This document shows, piece by piece, positions 58,288 to 64,000 of a DNA stretch of 64,000 nt. Within the stretch, counting starts at the first letter, position 1, and every line of letters begins with the position of its first letter. The stretch comes from an uncultured Verrucomicrobiae bacterium (lineage in GTDB: Bacteria; Verrucomicrobiota; Verrucomicrobiia; Chthoniobacterales; JAFAMB01). Below the pieces are notes generated by a model. That model saw nothing but the letters and a program-made list of their open reading frames with translations. It was not told where the DNA came from and did no database searches. The stretch covers positions 3,648,001 to 3,712,000 of the forward strand of contig CAWIPH010000002.1 in the NCBI GenBank assembly GCA_963837955.1. The letters are read 5' to 3'. Both the position numbers and the translations under genes were made by a program.

Positions 58288-58713
58288 ATGAAACTCTTGG
58301 CGTTACTAGGCGTGCTATTGGTCTCGACCGCTTTGGCGGGCGCGAATGGCTGCGACGATTTCGGGCAAGCGGTAGACACGTTTATCTCCAGCATCCGCGA
58401 TTCAGGAAAAAAGCTGGATCAAGTCGCCAACGCCCATGATTTCGCTCAAGCGCTCAATTCCTTTTCCGATGCCACTGAGACCTTTACTAAACGAGTGAAG
58501 GAATTGGGTCCCGAACTCGTAAAACTGAGCGCCTCGAATCCAAATACGCCACCGGTCGGCTGCGACAAAGCGCAGGAGCGACTCACCAGCTTCGAGTCGG
58601 ACCTCAACTCCATTGGATCCAAGTTCGGATCTGAAGGCCAAAAATACATTAGCGATGACGAAGTGAAGCAGGCCTTCGAGCGGCTCAAAAATCTGCAATT
58701 GAAGGAAAACTAG
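58288..58713 (+). CDS. Exported helical hypothetical protein
   Basis: Signal peptide MKLLALLGVLLVSTALAGA, amphipathic helices and two Cys. Confidence 0.7.
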   Translation: MKLLALLGVLLVSTALAGANGCDDFGQAVDTFISSIRDSGKKLDQVANAHDFAQALNSFSDATETFTKRVKELGPELVKLSASNPNTPPVGCDKAQERLTSFESDLNSIGSKFGSEGQKYISDDEVKQAFERLKNLQLKEN

Positions 58714-58853
58714 TCCGTAAGCAGTAAGCGGCAAGCAGGCCAATGGCACGGTCTGGCATCGGAAGCGGATTCTACGAAAGATTTCAGGTCTCCATGACGA
58801 GTCGCGGTGACTGATTACTGATTACCGATACTACGTACTGCTCTCATCTAGTC

Positions 58854-59537
58854 ATGTGCGGACGCTATCGGCGCACCACCCGCGAGGAAGAGCTCGCTCG
58901 GCGATGGAGTATACCCATTCCAGCCCAGGGCGATCTCCCTATTTCCTGGAACATAGCTCCCAGCACGGAGGTACTGGCGATCCGGCTTAAGCGAGACACA
59001 AAAGCGCAATCGTTCGACTGGCTCAGATGGGGTCTTATTCCTTATTGGTCGAAGGATAGGCGCGTCGCTTACAGTACGATTAATGCGCGGGCCGAGACCA
59101 TTGAGAAGACCCCTGCGTTTCGGTACGCATTCCAAAAACGTCGATGCCTGATCCCGGCGGATGGATTCTATGAGTGGCGCAAAACACGCCCACCAAAAGT
59201 CCCTTTCCACATCGAGCTTAAGGAAGGATTACCCTTCTGCTTCGCCGGAGTCTGGGAAGCTTGGCAAGATCCGGAAAATGGAGAATGGCTGCGCTCCTGT
59301 TCGATCATCACGACCGAAGCGAACGACCTGATTGCGCAGATCCATGACCGAATGCCTGTCATATTGCGGGAAGCCGATTTTCCCGCCTGGCTCGGCGACA
59401 CGAGCGAAGCGGACCTGAAATCGCTACTTCGCCCTTATCCTTCCGAGGAAATGCAGATGTGGGAAATTAGTTCGCGCGTTAATACGCCTGTCAACAATGA
59501 TCCCGAGATCATCGCGCCGGTTCCAATGACGAGTTAG
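58854..59537 (+). CDS. SOS response-associated peptidase (SRAP/YedK/HMCES)
   Basis: N-terminal MCGRY, WNIAPS, INARAET, DGFYEW, IHDRMPVIL. Confidence 0.95.
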   Translation: MCGRYRRTTREEELARRWSIPIPAQGDLPISWNIAPSTEVLAIRLKRDTKAQSFDWLRWGLIPYWSKDRRVAYSTINARAETIEKTPAFRYAFQKRRCLIPADGFYEWRKTRPPKVPFHIELKEGLPFCFAGVWEAWQDPENGEWLRSCSIITTEANDLIAQIHDRMPVILREADFPAWLGDTSEADLKSLLRPYPSEEMQMWEISSRVNTPVNNDPEIIAPVPMTS

Positions 59538-59585
59538 CGTTTGGCGTTTGGCGTTTGGCGTTCGGCGTTCGGCGTTCGGCGATGG
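59537..59585 (+). repeat. Heptamer tandem array
   Basis: (GCGTTTG)3(GCGTTCG)3GCGATGG, starting at the SRAP stop codon. Confidence 0.9.
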
Positions 59586-59644
59586 GTAGGGCGACACAGA
59601 TCCAGCGAAAGCAGGATCTGTGAGCCTGGATTAACGTGGTAGCA
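59584..59644 (+). repeat. Family F GTAG REP arm
   Basis: GGGTAGGGCGACACAGATCCAGCGAAAGCAGGATCTGTGAGCCT; inverse copy at 61337-61397, direct copy at 63867-63910. Confidence 0.9.
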
Positions 59645-59680
59645 GAGCAACGGCTCGGAGCGGTGGCAATGCTCCGGAAA

Positions 59681-59890
59681 TTAACGCACAAACCCCTCGT
59701 ACCTCTCTCGAGTGATCTCGCGCACTGCGAAACAATCCTTCGCGCGTCCAGTCTTTTGCGCAGCCAACGCCAGCACACCTGGCGCACTCATGCCAACAGC
59801 CACGATCTCGCCGGTCTCTCCATCAATCGCGGCGTAGTAGAAATCGAAGTCCGGCGAACGCGAACCGATCGAAAAGTTGTTCATAGGCAT
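59681..59890 (-). CDS. Small hypothetical protein
   Basis: 69-aa protein-like ORF (YYAAIDGETGEIVAVG). Confidence 0.5.
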   Translation of the reverse strand: MPMNNFSIGSRSPDFDFYYAAIDGETGEIVAVGMSAPGVLALAAQKTGRAKDCFAVREITRERYEGFVR

Positions 59891-60266
59891 ATAGTGTTCA
59901 TACGAACATAAGTTCGGCAAGCCGAAATTGGCGAATTCGCGTCGAGCAAAGGATTGGTCGTGGCGACGCTTGGATCCGCCCGATCGCAAATTTCAAATGC
60001 GCGGGTGTTGGATACCGCCAGTCGGGGCCGTCGTGCCATAATCTATGGACTGGATTGCACAGCCGCGTAATTTGCCTGAGCCGATCACCATGAGCTATCG
60101 ATAACCGGCTCTTGGGCGTTTTTTACCGTAACCACGTTGCTCCCCAGAACCATGAAACCCAGCTCACCTCCAATAGAAACATCACGAGACGAACGCCACG
60201 CCGTCAAAGTGATCCGGCATAAAAAGGAAGGCACGGTCTCAATGCGGATTTACGAAGGGTAAGACT

Positions 60267-60569
60267 ATGCCTCTCTACACTAACTGCGCTCTTCGGGTCA
60301 AAGTACCGGCGAATTATTCGAGGAAGGATGAGCTAACCAAGGCTCTTGAATCCGAATTCGTAGGTTGCGAAATGAATTTTGAAGAATCCGAAACCAGCGA
60401 ACCCTACGTGGAGGAAGCTATCGTCCCCGAAGCTACTCAACTGGGCGGTCTGCAGCCGAGCGAATGGGCATCTTTAGGTGGTACTGGGTCGATGGGCAAC
60501 GTCTCCGGGGAATTCTTGATCCGTTCCGCGTCGGAGAAGATTCGAAAATTCCTCGAAGATTCCAAGTAA
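60267..60569 (+). CDS. Hypothetical protein, 100 aa, acidic
   Basis: ATG start with a purine-rich upstream sequence; protein-like composition. Confidence 0.55.
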   Translation: MPLYTNCALRVKVPANYSRKDELTKALESEFVGCEMNFEESETSEPYVEEAIVPEATQLGGLQPSEWASLGGTGSMGNVSGEFLIRSASEKIRKFLEDSK

Positions 60570-60609
60570 TTGAGGAACGGGCATTCTGCGAACCAGGAGT
60601 TGTTCCTAT

Positions 60610-60965
60610 ATGCTATACAAGCTCGCGCATTTTGCGGGCTGTCGCATGACGGACAATCCAGAGGAGCCCCATCATCTTGTCGTGCGTTTCGAGGATAAGA
60701 CAGACGCCCGCATTGATAATGTGATTTCCAGATTAGCAGAGCGGACGCAGGTACTCAATCTTCGTTGCACGGATATTAGTAAAACCCGGGTAGATACAAT
60801 ATTTACTCAGGTTTTTGGATACTCGGTGATGATAGATCCGCTGACTCATACCGGACAATGTGTAGAGAAATCGGATAAAAACTTCACCAAAGATGGCAAA
60901 GTTATCGCGTGTCCGATTAGACAGACTACCCCGGGAAATGTCTATCAGCGCGCTGTTAACAATCT
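60610..60965 (+). pseudogene. Probably truncated gene; the frame reads on through a repeat to 61284
   Basis: AT-richer, protein-like sequence up to ...VYQRAVNN, followed by translated palindrome. Confidence 0.5.
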
Positions 60966-61011
60966 AATGGGAACCCTGTCACAGGACATGTCTGGTTCTC
61001 CGCCCCGGAGG

Positions 61012-61275
61012 GGGAGGGCGCACGTCCTCGTGCGCCGCGGATCGCGAGGACGCGATCCCTCCGCGCCCGTGGTTCTAACGCTGGGAAAGGTGTTCCAAAG
61101 GATGCGCCCTGAAAGCAGCGCTAGAATCGATGCTCGCATTGGATTCGTGGCTGTGACATTGGCTCCTAGTGCCCCTCCAGGGCAGACCGGGTCAATAATA
61201 AACCCGAGGTTAAAACCCCGGGCAGGAGAGATCGCGCCCTCGCGATCCGCGGCGCACGAGGACGTGCGCCCTCCC
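61012..61275. repeat. GGAG-type element with 51-bp inverted arms and inner hairpins
   Basis: 61012-61062 and 61225-61275 are near-perfect inverted repeats. Confidence 0.88.
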
Positions 61276-61336
61276 TGCCATTAGACCTGAGCTGCCTTAT
61301 GTTGACGCCATGCGCGGCCCGGGACCGCTACCCGTT

Positions 61337-61397
61337 TGCTACTCCGTTAATCAAGGCTCACAGATCCTGCTTTCGCTGGATCTGTTTCGCCCTACCC
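61337..61397 (-). repeat. Family F GTAG REP arm, inverted
   Basis: Reverse complement of 59584-59644 with few mismatches. Confidence 0.9.
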
Positions 61398-61479
61398 TCA
61401 CGTGCCGATACGCGATCCCTCTCTTGCGGCTTGCGCTCGCCATTGCCGGCTGAATCGACTACAACGCTCGTCCATCCGC

Positions 61480-63786
61480 ATGGAATCGAAGGTCTTTATC
61501 AGCCATTCCAGTAAGGACAAAGCGATTGCAGATGCGATTTGCAACCAGCTCGAGTCCGCCGGGGTCCGATGTTGGATCGCGCCGCGCGACATCGAAGCAG
61601 GATCCGATTGGACTCAAGGAATTATGCGGGGCCTGACCTCTTGCCGGGCCTTTGTCTTGGTATTCACAGAGCACGCTAACGGTTCGGAACATGTGCGACG
61701 AGAAGTGGCTAAAGCCTTCTCTTTAGGATTGGCGGTCATTCCCTTCCGATTCGAGGCAGTCGTACCAAACCAAAGCCTGAGTTATTTCCTGGATACCGTT
61801 CAGTGGCTGGATGCGGTTCAGCCTCCTCTGCAGCGACATCTAGAGGCATTAACCCAGCGAGTGAAGACGTTGTTAATCGGCGATGAACCGTCGGCCACGA
61901 ATCCAGCGAAGCTCGTGCCAGGAACAAAAGCGCATTCGGCGCCTCGGACCGCATCTTCTGCGTCCGCGAAGAAGAGACTTTGGTTAGTAAGAACTGCTGT
62001 AGCAGCCGCCACTCTTTTGATCGCTAGCGGTCTCTGGTTCTTCGCCACAAACACTCGCAAAGCGAACGAACCGAACCCGATCGCCTCGGCTATTACTATC
62101 CCGACAAAAAGCATCGCGGTACTCCCTTTTGAAAGTCTCAGCGCGAATAAAGACGACACTTATTTCGCTGACGGTGTTCAGGATGAGATCCTCAATAACC
62201 TGGCCAAGATTGCTCAACTGACGGTTATCAGCCGCACGTCGGTCATGCAATATCGCGCCGACGAGAAACGCGATCTGCGGCAGATCGCTAACGCGTTGGG
62301 TGTCGCCAACGTCTTGGAAGGAACCGTGCGCCGGAATGGAAACCGGGTTCGGGTCAGCACCGAGCTCATCGACGCTCGCCAGGATAAGACCACTTGGGCC
62401 GACAGTTTTGATCGTGATCTCACCGACATTTTCGCGATCCAGAGCGAGGTGGCTCAGACCATCGCCTCCAAACTTGCCGCAACGCTTTCGCCCGAGGAAA
62501 AACAAAATATCGAAAAGAAACCAACCGAGAATCTTGAGGCCTATGACCTCTATCTCCGGGCCAAGGAGTTACTTCTCAGCGTTCAAGTTTCTGTGAGCTA
62601 TGGAAACGCTGAGAAACCGCTGGTCGACGCGATCGGTTTTCTAGAACAAGCTGTCAGACTGGATCCGAAGTTCACGCTCGCCTATTGTGCATCCACGCAA
62701 GCGCAGGACTTCCTCTATGGCTGGTTCGATCCCACCCCAGAACAGCGTGCCTTGGGAGACGCAGCCGTGGATAGCGCGTTAAGGTTGCAACCCGACCTGC
62801 CCGAGGTTCACCTAGCATACGCCAACCACCTTTACCGAGTCTACCGGGATTACGAACGGGCACGGGTACAACTAGCCATTGCCAGGCGCGGCCTTCCGAA
62901 CGATGCCGAGGCCATCGCGCTCGAGGCGTACATGGATCGCCAGCAGGGGCAATTCGAAAAAGCAATCCAGGAGTTCAATGACGCGATCACGCGCGATCCG
63001 CGCAATTCAGCGTTGGTTGAAGACTTAGCTATTACGCTTTGTCAAACGCGTCAGTTTCGTGCGGCTGAGCAGATGTTCGACCGTTTGATCGAGCTCCGTC
63101 CAGAAGAGCCGATACTCAAAGCACAAAAGCCAGTGTTCGTAATCTTCTTAAAGACCGGAGATGACACCGCGGTCCGCTCGGCGCTCGCAGCGCTCCCGGC
63201 ATCGATGGCCGATGATAGGGGGGTCCTCAGCTGGCGACTGGAGTTCGCGTTGATTAATCGTGATTGGCCGCAAGCAAAAGAACTTATTGAAAAGATGAAG
63301 GGCGCCGAGGACAAAGGCATAGACTTTGCCTACGGACAGATCAGTGTTCCGGTCAGCTGCTATTCCATTCTGCTCGCGCGGCTCCAAGGAGAGCAACCTG
63401 GCGCAAACGCCAGCTTCGCCGAAACGCGAGAGCAATTGAATCAAAAGGTCCAGAAATCACCGGGAAGCGCTGACCTGCTTAGCCAGTTGGCGGTGGTGGA
63501 CGCTCTGCTCAACAACAAAGAAACAGCTATCTCGGAAGCCAAACGCGCTGTGGAACTGTTGCCGATCTCCAAGGACGCGTTGCATGGTCCGGGTATCCTG
63601 CAGAATCTAGCCGTTGTTTATGCATGGACCAATGAGTTGGACCTGGCCTTCGAGAAATTGAGTTCTTTGGTCAACGTGCCAAACGGTATTTTCTACGGCC
63701 AATTGAAGCGTGAACCATACTGGGAACCGCTCCGGAAAGATCCGCGGTATGAGAAGCTCCTAGCGGAGTTAGCGCCGCGAGATTGA
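61480..63786 (+). CDS. TIR domain - transmembrane - TolB/FlgO-like - TPR protein
   Basis: TIR VFISHSSKD...CWIAPRDI...SEHVRREV; TM LWLVRTAVAAATLLIASGLWFFA; KSIAVLPFESLS...FADGVQDEIL; TPR helices; C-terminal WEPLRKDPRY. Confidence 0.9.
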   Translation: MESKVFISHSSKDKAIADAICNQLESAGVRCWIAPRDIEAGSDWTQGIMRGLTSCRAFVLVFTEHANGSEHVRREVAKAFSLGLAVIPFRFEAVVPNQSLSYFLDTVQWLDAVQPPLQRHLEALTQRVKTLLIGDEPSATNPAKLVPGTKAHSAPRTASSASAKKRLWLVRTAVAAATLLIASGLWFFATNTRKANEPNPIASAITIPTKSIAVLPFESLSANKDDTYFADGVQDEILNNLAKIAQLTVISRTSVMQYRADEKRDLRQIANALGVANVLEGTVRRNGNRVRVSTELIDARQDKTTWADSFDRDLTDIFAIQSEVAQTIASKLAATLSPEEKQNIEKKPTENLEAYDLYLRAKELLLSVQVSVSYGNAEKPLVDAIGFLEQAVRLDPKFTLAYCASTQAQDFLYGWFDPTPEQRALGDAAVDSALRLQPDLPEVHLAYANHLYRVYRDYERARVQLAIARRGLPNDAEAIALEAYMDRQQGQFEKAIQEFNDAITRDPRNSALVEDLAITLCQTRQFRAAEQMFDRLIELRPEEPILKAQKPVFVIFLKTGDDTAVRSALAALPASMADDRGVLSWRLEFALINRDWPQAKELIEKMKGAEDKGIDFAYGQISVPVSCYSILLARLQGEQPGANASFAETREQLNQKVQKSPGSADLLSQLAVVDALLNNKETAISEAKRAVELLPISKDALHGPGILQNLAVVYAWTNELDLAFEKLSSLVNVPNGIFYGQLKREPYWEPLRKDPRYEKLLAELAPRD

Positions 63787-63853
63787 ATGGCGTGTTTCCG
63801 ACTTCGCTGCGTCGTCCCAAACTCCGGAAGCTTCGTCGGACAAGTCGGCGATT

Positions 63854-63910
63854 GGCGTTCGGCGATGGGTAGGGCGATACAGATCCAGCGAAAGCAGGAT
63901 CTGTGAGCCT
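63854..63910 (+). repeat. Family F REP, direct copy of 59571-59627
   Basis: 57 bp with one mismatch. Confidence 0.9.
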
Positions 63911-63914
63911 TCGC

Positions 63915-64000
63915 TCAGTCCTTCGGCGCCAATTCAGCTAACAATTTGTCGTAACGCGGATCTTTCCGAAGCGGATCCCAATACGGTTCCCGCTCCAATT
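63915..64000 (-). CDS. C-terminus of a convergent paralog of the TPR protein (partial)
   Basis: Manual translation LEREPYWDPLRKDPRYDKLLAELAPKD*, versus LKREPYWEPLRKDPRYEKLLAELAPRD* in the upstream gene. Confidence 0.85.
   Translation of the reverse strand, partial: LEREPYWDPLRKDPRYDKLLAELAPKD

Noticed and set aside
2695..63910. Dispersed repeats as a CRISPR array or integron attC array
   Set aside because: No regular repeat-spacer periodicity, and no cas genes or integron integrase in the window.

Overview
A ~55% GC (by eye) chromosomal window made mostly of housekeeping and transport genes. It holds ParA, a GHL10 hydrolase, two tandem aldo/keto reductases, two sugar ABC systems, opp with an M3 peptidase, tRNA-Gln, gpmI, a sulfite reductase hemoprotein, a GpgS-like glycosyltransferase, dapF-dapA-dapB-folK-panB, accA, acpP, uvrB, holA, nagZ, nadD-rsfS-SirB1-like-cinA, an L,D-transpeptidase, SRAP and a TIR-TM-TolB/TPR protein. 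Gene content suggests a Verrucomicrobiota (Chthoniobacterales-like) genome; this is inference only. No CRISPR array, rRNA, integrase or transposase was seen. The most unusual layer is intergenic. Several families of GTAG-, GGAG- and GTCCC..GGGAC-type palindromic repeats plus 7-nt tandem arrays nest inside one another, supply stop codons to genes, and in two places bracket gene cargo as long inverted repeats (an ArsR/DUF2087 gene, and a 1.7-kb islet of small ORFs). Other highlights are an rsfS that seems to need a non-canonical ATC start, an unannotated 31-aa basic ORF, a Moco-fold protein lacking its cofactor-binding residues, and a TIR-transmembrane-TPR receptor-like protein facing a paralog.
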